NCBI GenBank assembly: GCA_963783305.1
Contig: CAWAMW010000015.1
Location: 384,001 to 448,000, forward strand
Reading direction: 5' to 3'
DNA from: an uncultured Gemmatimonadales bacterium
Lineage (GTDB): Bacteria > Gemmatimonadota > Gemmatimonadetes > Longimicrobiales > RSA9
Length of the DNA: 64,000 nt
Both the position numbers and the translations under genes were made by a program. Under the pieces are notes generated by a model. That model did no database searches and was not told the origin of the DNA. It was given only the letters and a program-made list of their open reading frames with translations. This document shows positions 55,521 to 64,000 of the stretch, one piece after another. Every line of letters begins with the position of its first letter. The stretch's first letter is position 1.

Positions 55521-58500
55521 TCAACGCTCCAGCAGCGTCCGGACCGCGGCCTCCAGCTGCGGATCGCGGCCGCGGCTCACGAGCTCGTATGCATTCCATA
55601 CCGGCACGTCCACCTCCGTCTGCCAGTTCTCGAGGTAGCGGCCCGTATTCGTGTCCTTCACACCCATCCCGGGCACCCCCCAGCGGACGTCGTTCTGCAG
55701 CCCCTCCCAGCCGGCAAACGTGCACGTGCCGGGCACCGGCTGCCCCACCAGCGGCCCGATGCCAAGGCGCTGGTACGCCCATGCGTAGCAGTGACCGTCG
55801 CTGTACGCCGCCTCGTTGATGATCGTCACGCTCGGCTTCGTCCAGCGGAAGTTCGGCTCGAACCCGGTGCTGCGCGTGTCCGTCGTGTAGTCGAAGAAGC
55901 GCTCCCCCGTCAGGAACATGGCGAGATCCGCCACCAGGTCCCCGCCGCCGTTCCAGCGGGCGTCCACGACCAGCCCTTCGCGATCCGGGTACTTGCCCAT
56001 GACCTCCTCGAAGGCGGAGCGGTACGCGCCGTCGTTCATTCCGGGCACGTGAATGTAACCGAGGCGGCCGTCGCTGAGGCGGTCCACCTCCGCCGCGTTC
56101 CGTTCGACCCAGCGCGTGTACAGCAGCCGGCTCTCCTCCCGCTGGGTGATGGGCCGGGCCACGAGCTCCCGCTCCGCCCCGCGCGGTCCCCGGAGGGACA
56201 GGAGGACGTTCCGCTCCGCCTTCCGGTTCAGCAGGGAGGCCAGGTCGACATCGGCGCCGATGGTGCTGCCGTCGATGGCGGTGATGACCGTCCCCGGCGT
56301 CACGTCCATCCCCGGCCGGTCCAGCGGTCCGCCCTTCATCACCTCCACCACCTCCACGCCGGGCTCGGTGCGCGCGTAGTCGTAGAAGATGCCGAGCGAC
56401 GCCGTCTCATCGCCGTTCTCCATGCGGCTGGAGAAGCGGGCGCCGCTGTGGCTCACGTTCAGCTCGCCCAGCATCTCGCTGAGCAGGTCGGCGAAGTCGT
56501 AGCCGTCGCCCACGCCCGGCAGGTAGCGCTGGTACTGTGCGCCGAGCGCCTCCCAGTCGGCGCCGTGGTAGCCCTCCGTGTAGAAAGTGTCCCGCGTACG
56601 GCGCCACACGCGATCGAACAGCGCCGCCCGCTCCGCCGTTTCGTCCACCACCATCTCGCCGCCAACCGTGATCTTCTCTCGCTTCCCGTTCGACGGGTCC
56701 ACCAGCGCCATACCGCCCCCATCGACGACGAAGATCTTCTTCTGCGCGCTGTCCCATGCCATGCTCGCGCCATTCGCATCCAGCGCGAGCGTCATCTTGG
56801 TCTCCTTCGTCCGCAGGTTGGTGGTCCAGAGGTTCAGGCCGCCTTCGAACCGGGCGAGGTAGTGGAGCGTCTCGCCGTCGGGGCTCAACAGCGCGTCGCC
56901 CATCCGGGACGAGTGGATCGTCAGTCGCGACTTCCGATCCCACACGCCGTCCAGCTCCAGCACCACCGGCTCCGGCGCGGCCGCACCCTCCTTCGGGTCA
57001 TCCGACTTTTTCTCCGCGGTCGCCTCGGACTCCTTCAGCAGCGCGAACTCCTCGTCGCTCAGACGGAACCGGTCCCACGCCTCCCGGGTGAAGAACATGG
57101 CGTACGCGTCCGACTGGTCCCCACCCGACATGGCCATGGAGCGGAGCCCATCCCGATTGCTCTGCCACAGCATGGCCTTACCGCCCATGACCCATGACGG
57201 CGACCGGTCGCTGAACCCGCTCTTCGTCAGGTTGATGGCCGGCTCGCCCCCCGCCGCCCTCACCAGACCGGCCTCGCCCGGCGCCAGCCCCGGCACCGAG
57301 TAGTCGAACAGGATCCACTGCCCGTCCGGGCTCCACTCGAAGTGGTGGTAGGGCCCCGTGCCGAACAGCTCCTGGTCCGTCAGGAGCGTGCGCGTGCGGC
57401 CGTTCGCCTGAGTGCGCACCCGCAGGTTCGTGAAGTCCTCGATATAGGCGATCTCGCTCCCGTCCGGTGAGTAGCGCGGCTGGAAGTTCTGGTGCTCGTT
57501 CACGATCATCGGCGTCTCCGCCAGCACCGTGGACGCGAAGAAGTACGGCTCCGACTCCCGCGTGCGCCGTGCCTGGTAGATCCCCCAGCGGCCGTCGCGC
57601 TCCGAGGCGTAGAGGAGCACGCGGCTGTCCGGCGAGAAGACCACGCCCGTCTCGGCCTCCGGCGTCCGCGTCACCTGCTTCGTGCTGCCGCCCTCCACGG
57701 CCGTCACGAACACGTCTCCGCGGTAGATGAACGCGACCTCCTTGCCGTTCGGAGCCAACACCGCTTCGCGCATGCCGCTGCTGAACGTCTCCACCGTCTC
57801 GCCGTTCGTGGCGGCGTCCATGGCCACCGTGACCGGCACCCGCCGCGGTTCGCCGCCCGGCGCCATGGTGTACATGCGGCCGTCGTGCGCGAAGGCGAGG
57901 GTGCCGTTGTCGGCGCGGGTGAGGAAGCGCACGGGTCCGTCCGTCGTGAACGCGGTCACCTGTGTGGACTCGCCACCGGCCGTGGCCATCCGGTGGACGT
58001 TCAGCGTCCCGCTCGCCTCGCTAAGGTAGTAGACCGTCGAGTCGCCGTCGGCGAAGACCGGGTCCCGATCCTCACCCGCGAAGGTGGTGAGCTTCCGGTG
58101 CGATCCCGACCCCGCGTCGTAGACCCAGAGGTCCCGGGCCACGGACGAGGTGTGGTGCTTCCGCCACGTGTTCTCGCCGCCCTTCCTGTCCTCGTAGATC
58201 ATGAGGCGACCATCGCCGCTCACCACTACCTCCTCTGCGGGCGTGGTCAGGAGCTGGGCCGGGCGACCCCCCTCCAGCGAGACCCGGTAGAGCTCCGGCT
58301 GCGCCCCCGTGGGGAAGAGCCGGCTGCTCGCCGCGTCCAGCCGCGCGGCGCCGAACACCACTCCGGCGCCATCCGCCGTGAACGCGTACGGGTACTCGTC
58401 CGCGCTGTGCACGGTGAGCCGGCGGGCTTGTCCGCCCTCAGCCGGCATGAGGTACACATCGAAGTTGCCGAACCGGTCGCTGGCGAACGCCAGGCTCCTG

Positions 58501-58724
58501 CCGTCCCGGCTCCAGACCGGCATCTGGTCGTGCGCCGCATGCGTGGTGAGCGGCGTGGCCACGCCCCCCGCGGTCGGGACCCGGTAGAGGTCCCCCCGGT
58601 AGGCGAACACCAGCGTGGTGCCGTCCGGCGAGATGGCGGGGTAGCGCAGCCACACGGCCTCCTGCTGTGCGGTGGCGGGGGCGGCGCAGAGGAGCGCGGC
58701 GAGGAGCAGCGTGATCCGGATCAT
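55521..58724 (-). CDS. Second tricorn-type S41 protease, exported
   Basis: WLRYPAISPDG, GELNVSHSG, GYIHVPGM, DARWNGGG, AYSDGH, DPQLEAAV. Confidence 0.93.
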   Translation of the reverse strand: MIRITLLLAALLCAAPATAQQEAVWLRYPAISPDGTTLVFAYRGDLYRVPTAGGVATPLTTHAAHDQMPVWSRDGRSLAFASDRFGNFDVYLMPAEGGQARRLTVHSADEYPYAFTADGAGVVFGAARLDAASSRLFPTGAQPELYRVSLEGGRPAQLLTTPAEEVVVSGDGRLMIYEDRKGGENTWRKHHTSSVARDLWVYDAGSGSHRKLTTFAGEDRDPVFADGDSTVYYLSEASGTLNVHRMATAGGESTQVTAFTTDGPVRFLTRADNGTLAFAHDGRMYTMAPGGEPRRVPVTVAMDAATNGETVETFSSGMREAVLAPNGKEVAFIYRGDVFVTAVEGGSTKQVTRTPEAETGVVFSPDSRVLLYASERDGRWGIYQARRTRESEPYFFASTVLAETPMIVNEHQNFQPRYSPDGSEIAYIEDFTNLRVRTQANGRTRTLLTDQELFGTGPYHHFEWSPDGQWILFDYSVPGLAPGEAGLVRAAGGEPAINLTKSGFSDRSPSWVMGGKAMLWQSNRDGLRSMAMSGGDQSDAYAMFFTREAWDRFRLSDEEFALLKESEATAEKKSDDPKEGAAAPEPVVLELDGVWDRKSRLTIHSSRMGDALLSPDGETLHYLARFEGGLNLWTTNLRTKETKMTLALDANGASMAWDSAQKKIFVVDGGGMALVDPSNGKREKITVGGEMVVDETAERAALFDRVWRRTRDTFYTEGYHGADWEALGAQYQRYLPGVGDGYDFADLLSEMLGELNVSHSGARFSSRMENGDETASLGIFYDYARTEPGVEVVEVMKGGPLDRPGMDVTPGTVITAIDGSTIGADVDLASLLNRKAERNVLLSLRGPRGAERELVARPITQREESRLLYTRWVERNAAEVDRLSDGRLGYIHVPGMNDGAYRSAFEEVMGKYPDREGLVVDARWNGGGDLVADLAMFLTGERFFDYTTDTRSTGFEPNFRWTKPSVTIINEAAYSDGHCYAWAYQRLGIGPLVGQPVPGTCTFAGWEGLQNDVRWGVPGMGVKDTNTGRYLENWQTEVDVPVWNAYELVSRGRDPQLEAAVRTLLER

Positions 58725-58793
58725 GAATCGAGTCCGCGGTTGTGGTCGGGTTGACGTCGGGGGTGGAATATGCCGAAGCGGCGGCACTCCGTC

Positions 58794-59094
58794 CACAGGT
58801 CACAGGTCACAGGTCACAGGTCACAGGTCACAGGTTACAGGTTACAGGTTACAGGTTACAGGTCACAGGTCACAGGTCACAGGTCACAGGCCACAGGTCA
58901 CAGGTCACAGTTCACAGGCCACAGGTTACAGGTTACAGGTCACAGGTCACAGGTCACAGGTCACAGGTTACAGGTCACAGTTCACAGGTCACAGGTTACA
59001 GGTCACAGGCCACAGGTCACAGGCCACAGGTCACAGGCCACAGTTCACAGGCCACGGTTCACTGGCCACGGTTCACTGGCCACAGTCCACGGTC
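58794..59094. repeat. Heptamer tandem array (CACAGGT)n, about 43 units with variants
   Basis: Read directly; TACAGGT/CACAGGC/CACAGTT variants in phase, degenerating to the right. Confidence 0.95.
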
Positions 59095-59270
59095 AGATCC
59101 CGGGACCATCCGGGCGGCGGCGCGCGGTGGGGCGATTGGGGATTGGGCGTCGATAATCGCGGACTGTTGTGCAGCGGCGGACCCGGCCGTGGGCGCGAGG
59201 GGAATTGACGTCGATAATCGCGGGAAAAACGACCGGCGCCATGGCTCAGTCCTCCGGTGCGCGATTCTCC

Positions 59271-59368
59271 TCGGGGAACGGTCTGACCCGGTCGGGGGAA
59301 CGGGCTCTCCCGGTCGGGGGAACGGGCTGCCCCGGTCGGGGAACGGTCTGACCCGGTCGGGGGAAGGG
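59271..59368. repeat. 21-22-bp tandem repeat, about 4.5 copies
   Basis: TCGGGG(G)AACGG-n6-7-CCGG units starting at 59271, 59292, 59314, 59336 and 59357 (partial). Confidence 0.85.
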
Positions 59369-59459
59369 ACTGCTCCGGCCTCCCGGCGAGCGCACCTCGA
59401 GGGTATCGGACTCGGGGAGCCAGGCAGTCCGCCACGGCAGAGCGCGGTCGAAGGGGGGC

Positions 59460-60419
59460 TTAGCCGGTGAAGTCCGTGGCGGCACGCTGGGGGCGTCGGT
59501 CCACGGAAAAGCGGAATATGTCAGGGCGGCCGTAGTGGCCCGCGACGTCCAGCTGCCAGCGAGGACCGCGGAGCGCCGCGGGCTGGATCTCGGCATAGAG
59601 GATCTCTTCGCGCTCGAACACCGGCCCGGCGATGAGCTTCCCGTCGGGGTCCACGATGGCGCTCCCGCCGGGATTGATCCATTGCAGGTCCTGGGGGACG
59701 AACTCGTTCATGAACGCGTATCGCCCGGGGATGCTGTCGCGGCGGACCGCGCTGCAGCAGCCGATCACGTACGTGCGGCCCTCTTTCGCGATGTGTCGGA
59801 GCGTCGACAGCCACGGCTCGCGGCGGTCCCAGGTGGGGGCGACGTAGATCTCTACTCCGCCGGCGTAGAGGGTGTGTCGCGCCAGCGGCATGTAGTTCTC
59901 CCAGCAGATCAGGCCGCTCAGGCGGCCGATGGGGAGGTCGTACACGTCGAGTGTGCTGCCATCGCCCCGCCCGTGCACGAGGCGCTCTCCCGCGGTGGGG
60001 ATCAGTTTACGGTGGGTCCCCAGGACCTCGCCGTCGCTGCCGATGTAGAGGATCGAGTTGAAGAGGGTGGTTCCGCTCGCCTCCGCGTTGATCTCGTTCG
60101 CTCCCATCGCCACGTACACGCCCGCCTCACGCGCGGCCTCACCCAGTCGCGCGGTGACATCGCCCGGCACCGTGACGGCGTTGTCCAGCAGCTCGCCATG
60201 GAGCTCCCGGAGCACCGCCGTCCGACCCGCGGGTACGAACCACGCCCAGAACGGATAGCTGGGCAGGAAGGCCTCCGGAAACACCACCAGACGGGCGCCG
60301 TTCGCGCCGGCCTCCGCGATGAGCGCGCAGGACTTCTCGACGGTTGCAGCCAGGTCGAGGAATACGGGCGACGCCTGTACGGCCGCGACGCGGAAGGGAG
60401 CGGACTCGGAGCGGAGCAT
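59460..60419 (-). CDS. Nitrilase (carbon-nitrogen hydrolase)
   Basis: Triad motifs FPEAF, HRKLIPT, ICWENYMP; DVAGHYGRPD. Confidence 0.93.
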   Translation of the reverse strand: MLRSESAPFRVAAVQASPVFLDLAATVEKSCALIAEAGANGARLVVFPEAFLPSYPFWAWFVPAGRTAVLRELHGELLDNAVTVPGDVTARLGEAAREAGVYVAMGANEINAEASGTTLFNSILYIGSDGEVLGTHRKLIPTAGERLVHGRGDGSTLDVYDLPIGRLSGLICWENYMPLARHTLYAGGVEIYVAPTWDRREPWLSTLRHIAKEGRTYVIGCCSAVRRDSIPGRYAFMNEFVPQDLQWINPGGSAIVDPDGKLIAGPVFEREEILYAEIQPAALRGPRWQLDVAGHYGRPDIFRFSVDRRPQRAATDFTG

Positions 60420-60626
60420 GGGGCCTCGGGGGTGGGAGGTGGGAAGGCCGGCGGCCTGACGAAAGAACGGCCCGCGCGTCGCGATAGGCAAGAGAGCATC
60501 GAGTATCGCCCCCTCGATCATCGCGGACGTCCTGCTCGTCCTACGGGCCAGGGGGCGGTTCGATGAGCAGACGCCGGACGGCGCTCGAGGAGCGACGGCG
60601 AAGCCGAGGGTCGATGAGCGGGAGCT

Positions 60627-62090
60627 CTACGCGACGTCGGCCGTCCGGACGATCTCCCGGAGCATGCCACGAAAGATCAGGGTGTGGAGAGGGTACAGCC
60701 CGTACCAGTACACGAGCCCCGCGAGGCCGGCGGGGTCGAAGATGGCGGTCTGCCGGACCACGGAGCCGTCTCCGTCCTCTTCCACCTCGAACTGGAGCCA
60801 GGCGCGGCCGGGCACCTTCATCTCCGCCCGCAGCCTCAGGAGCCGGTCGGGCTCGTAGCTCTCGACGCGCCAGAAGTCCAGCGCGTCCCCGGGAAACGGG
60901 GTTTCCGGATCGCGCCGGCCGCGGCGAACCCCGACCCCGCCGACCAGAAGGTCGAGGAAGCCCCGGATACGCCAGAGCCCGTTCGCGTAGTACCAGCCCC
61001 GTTCGCCTCCGATCCGCCGGATGGGCCGGAACGCCTCGACCGGTGGCCGGGGAGTCGTCGCCGAGCGGGAATCGATGCGGCGCAGACCCGATGCGGGAGC
61101 GGTGCGCGTGGCACCGGATCCGGCGGAGGAGAAGGCATCGGACCAGCGGGTGCGGGCAAACTCGTCGTCCTCGTTCACGAGGGCCCGATGGATCGCGTCG
61201 TCGATACCCATGGGCTCCACCGGGAAGTCGCGGAGCGCCCGATCGTCGCGGACGATGGTGGGCGTTCGGAGTCCATCGACCAGCTTCCGGCCGACCCGTG
61301 CGTAGATGGGGGTAATCAGACCCAGCCACAAGCTCGAGACTTTCGGTGAGAGCACGGGCACGGGGATCATGAAGCGGCGGAGCCCCCGCAGCCGGGCATA
61401 GCTCCGCATGATCTCGCCATACGTTACCCGATCGGCGCCCCCGATCTCGTACACGTCGCTCTCGCCACCCGGATGGTCGAGAGCGGCCACGAGGTAGGCG
61501 ATCACGTCGTCCACGGCGATCGGCTGCGTGGGGGTGCGGAGCCAGCTCGGGGTCAGCATGATGGGGAGTCGCTCCACCAGGGCCCGGATCATCTCGAACG
61601 ACAGGCTGCCAGAGCCGATGATGATGGACGCCCGCAGCTCCAGCGTGGGGGGGCCTGCTTCCCTGAGGACCGCGCCCACCTCGTGACGGCTCTCGAGGTG
61701 CTCCGACACCGCGTCGCCCGCGCCGAGCCCCCCCAGGTAGACGACCCGGGACACACCCGCCTCCCGGGCGGCGACGGCGAAGTTCCGCGCCGCTGCGCGG
61801 TCCTGCTCCCGGAAGTCCCCCGTCGAGCCCATGGAGTGGACCAGGTAGTAGGCGACATCGACCGCCCGTAACGCCGCGGGCAATGTGGCGGGGTCCAGGA
61901 CATCGCCGGCCACCACCTCCACGCCCTCCGTCACCCGGGCCCGCAGCTGCTCGGGGCGGCGGGCGAGGCAGCGGACCTGGATGCCGCGCCGCACCAGGGG
62001 CTCCAGAAGTCGACCGCCGATGTACCCCGTGGCGCCTGTGAGCAGGACGCGGCGCGGTGCGCCGGGGGCCAGCGGGTGGGGGGTTCGCAT
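60627..62090 (-). CDS. YbjT-like atypical SDR with DUF2867-type C-terminus
   Basis: TGATGYIGG, YYLVHSM, IIGSGSLSFEM, GGERGWY, LDFWRV, EMKVPGRAWL. Confidence 0.9.
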   Translation of the reverse strand: MRTPHPLAPGAPRRVLLTGATGYIGGRLLEPLVRRGIQVRCLARRPEQLRARVTEGVEVVAGDVLDPATLPAALRAVDVAYYLVHSMGSTGDFREQDRAAARNFAVAAREAGVSRVVYLGGLGAGDAVSEHLESRHEVGAVLREAGPPTLELRASIIIGSGSLSFEMIRALVERLPIMLTPSWLRTPTQPIAVDDVIAYLVAALDHPGGESDVYEIGGADRVTYGEIMRSYARLRGLRRFMIPVPVLSPKVSSLWLGLITPIYARVGRKLVDGLRTPTIVRDDRALRDFPVEPMGIDDAIHRALVNEDDEFARTRWSDAFSSAGSGATRTAPASGLRRIDSRSATTPRPPVEAFRPIRRIGGERGWYYANGLWRIRGFLDLLVGGVGVRRGRRDPETPFPGDALDFWRVESYEPDRLLRLRAEMKVPGRAWLQFEVEEDGDGSVVRQTAIFDPAGLAGLVYWYGLYPLHTLIFRGMLREIVRTADVA

Positions 62091-62399
62091 GAGGATGAAT
62101 ACCCGCCTCGGCCGCGGACCGCCATGGTTCGAGCATCGGCACCGGTGCTGCGACGATCGGATGAGCGACCCTCCGGCGTCCGGAAGCGGCACCGGGCCCC
62201 ATACCTTGCACCACTATACATTGTTGTGTTATGTATGTACAGAGGCCGCGGTTTTAGGGCGCGGTCGGGCGGTGCGAGCAGCGCCTGAGGCTGCGGCGCA
62301 GCGGGTCAGACCCGCGGCTTACCGGCGCGGGCTTTGCAGTACAAAGTTCACTGTGTGGACAAGCAATGGCCCTGTTTACTCCAGTTTCAGAGGTGTTCC

Positions 62400-62792
62400 A
62401 TGAAGAACGATCGCACGACCACCCAGTCCATTGTCCGCGTTCTGCTCATCACCGCGGCCGTCCTGGCGATCCCGCTGGTGGTGACGCAGCTGACCGCAGG
62501 CGAGGGCTGGAACCTGTTGGATTTCGCCGTGGCCGGGGGGCTGATCATGGGTACCGGCCTGGCCTACGAGCTTGCGGTGAAGAGGCCGGGCACGCGGACG
62601 TCCGCCGTGATCACCCCCCTGATCGCGGCCGTTGGAGGTGCGGCGGTCCCTCTCGGTGAGATCGACGACGCCCCTGGACTCATCCTCCTGGGGTTCGTGC
62701 TCGTGCTGACGGCGGTGGTGATCGGCGTGCGGACGTCGGCGCAGGGGAGTGGGCGCGTGGAAGGTCACGCGGGTGCAGCGGAGCCGGCCTAG
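62400..62792 (+). CDS. Small multi-TM membrane protein
   Basis: IPLVVTQL..WNLLDF, DDAPGLILLG; GAGGTG RBS. Confidence 0.75.
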   Translation: MKNDRTTTQSIVRVLLITAAVLAIPLVVTQLTAGEGWNLLDFAVAGGLIMGTGLAYELAVKRPGTRTSAVITPLIAAVGGAAVPLGEIDDAPGLILLGFVLVLTAVVIGVRTSAQGSGRVEGHAGAAEPA

Positions 62793-62810
62793 CGGCGGGG
62801 ATCCGCGTCG

Positions 62811-63434
62811 TCACTCCCCGGGGAAGTGGGTGGTCATGCAGTCGGGGCAGATGCCGTGGCTGAAGTCGGCGTCGGAGTGGTGGCGGATGTAGACGTCGAT
62901 CTGCTGCCACGCCCCGTCGTCGCTGCGGATCTTCTTGCAGTAGCTGCAGATCGGGATGATCCCCTCGAGGCGGCGGATCCGGGACAGCGCCCGCTGCAGC
63001 TCCTCGACGAGCCGCGACTTCTCCTCTTCGGCCCGTTTCCGCTCGGTGATGTCGAGGATCACACCGCTCCACAGGGTCTGGCCCTCGTAAAGCTGCGGGC
63101 TCTCCACCGAGGAGAGCTGGATCCACTTCGTCTGGCCCGCCGGCGTGGTGATCCTCACCTCGGACTCGAACGGAGCGCCCGCCCGGTTCGCCCGCTCATC
63201 CTCCCGCGCCAGCCGCTCGAGGTCGTCCGGGTGCACCATCTCCCAGAGCAGCGTCGGATCCCCGACAATGCGCTCGGGGGTGTACCCGAAAATGCGTTCC
63301 GCCTGCGCGCTGATGTAGACGAAGCGGTTCCGGCCGTCCGGCCACCGCACGTACCCGTACAGCGCGCACGGGAAGGAGTCGATGAAGGACTCGATATCCG
63401 GCTCCCGGCGCTCGTCTCCTCGTGGATCCATCAT
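62811..63434 (-). CDS. PAS domain protein with C-terminal CxxCKKIR..HGICPxC module
   Basis: YIS..IFGY..VHPDD PAS; IIPICSYCKKIR, FSHGICPDC. Confidence 0.88.
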   Translation of the reverse strand: MMDPRGDERREPDIESFIDSFPCALYGYVRWPDGRNRFVYISAQAERIFGYTPERIVGDPTLLWEMVHPDDLERLAREDERANRAGAPFESEVRITTPAGQTKWIQLSSVESPQLYEGQTLWSGVILDITERKRAEEEKSRLVEELQRALSRIRRLEGIIPICSYCKKIRSDDGAWQQIDVYIRHHSDADFSHGICPDCMTTHFPGE

Positions 63435-63694
63435 CGAGTACCGCGTGGTCTGAGTGGTTGTCCCGGTCCGTCGGCGGGGACCCCGTAGGAGAGCGTCCCC
63501 CGGTCATACTACCTCATCCGTTTCCGGGCGGCGATCCTTGTGACGGGATCCCAGAAGGCGGGACCACCGTGAGGCCCGGGACATGCGGCATCTCCCCACA
63601 GCGGACGGCGAGCTGCGGCACTATGTTGGGAACACGGGGAGGATCACCGAGGTCCTCCCATGACTCCCTTGTTCGACCAGACGCAGGATCGCGT

Positions 63695-64000
63695 ATGCGC
63701 GTTCTCATCGTCGAGGATGACGTGCGACTCGCGGATTCCGTGGCACGCGGGCTTCGCGAGCAGGCGTACGCCGTGGACGTCGTGACCGACGGCGAGACGG
63801 CCGTGTTCGAGGCGATGGTCACGCCGTATGACGCCCTGGTGCTCGACATCATGCTGCCGGGCCGGAGCGGGATCGAGGTGTGCCGGGAGCTGCGCGAGCG
63901 CGGCAACGATGTGCGCGTGCTCATGCTCACCGCCCACGACGACATCGAGGCTCGGGTCCGGGGACTCGATGTCGGCGCGGACGACTACCTGACGAAGCCG
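63695..64000 (+). CDS. OmpR-family response regulator, truncated by window end (not in ORF track)
   Basis: MRVLIVEDD..LDIMLPGRSG..LMLTA..GLDVGADDYLTKP. Confidence 0.92.
   Translation, partial: MRVLIVEDDVRLADSVARGLREQAYAVDVVTDGETAVFEAMVTPYDALVLDIMLPGRSGIEVCRELRERGNDVRVLMLTAHDDIEARVRGLDVGADDYLTKP

Noticed and set aside
59148..59368. Possible CRISPR array
   Set aside because: Only two 15-bp repeats, the tandem units lack unique spacers, and there are no cas genes
58672..59470. ORFs with QVTGHRS repeats (and LPPASCL repeats at 20959-22471)
   Set aside because: Translation products of stop-free heptamer arrays in several frames; no RBS or domain evidence

Overview
GC-rich (roughly 70%) bacterial chromosomal window with about 55 CDSs. 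I recognised no rRNA, tRNA, CRISPR array or transposase. The gene repertoire (ADOP-type permease, tricorn proteases, DUF5916-type and TPR membrane proteins) suggests Gemmatimonadota or a similar lineage; this is inference. Main content: a CEOS-like dehydrogenase plus PLP decarboxylase pair, a complete Na+-translocating methylmalonyl-CoA decarboxylase-type operon with epimerase, two exported tricorn (S41) proteases, an M1 aminopeptidase, two serine hydrolases, lysine 6-aminotransferase, heme A synthase, several canonical and degenerate two-component proteins including a soluble PAS-PAS-PAS-GAF hybrid kinase fused to AraC, a Fur-boxed TonB receptor/PepSY pair, a TipA-like MerR regulator with its 19-bp-spacer promoter, Ada and a nitrilase. 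The strongest hidden signal is a small FmdB-type zinc-ribbon gene (41224-41006, minus strand). Its apparent TGA stop is followed by a hairpin with GGTCTG at the same offset as the E. coli fdhF SECIS, which suggests a C-terminal selenocysteine (..GGG-U-RVG*). Intergenic DNA also carries a perfect 22-bp inverted-repeat element, an octamer-armed inverted element and two long heptamer arrays. All calls come from motif recognition by eye; no searches were run.
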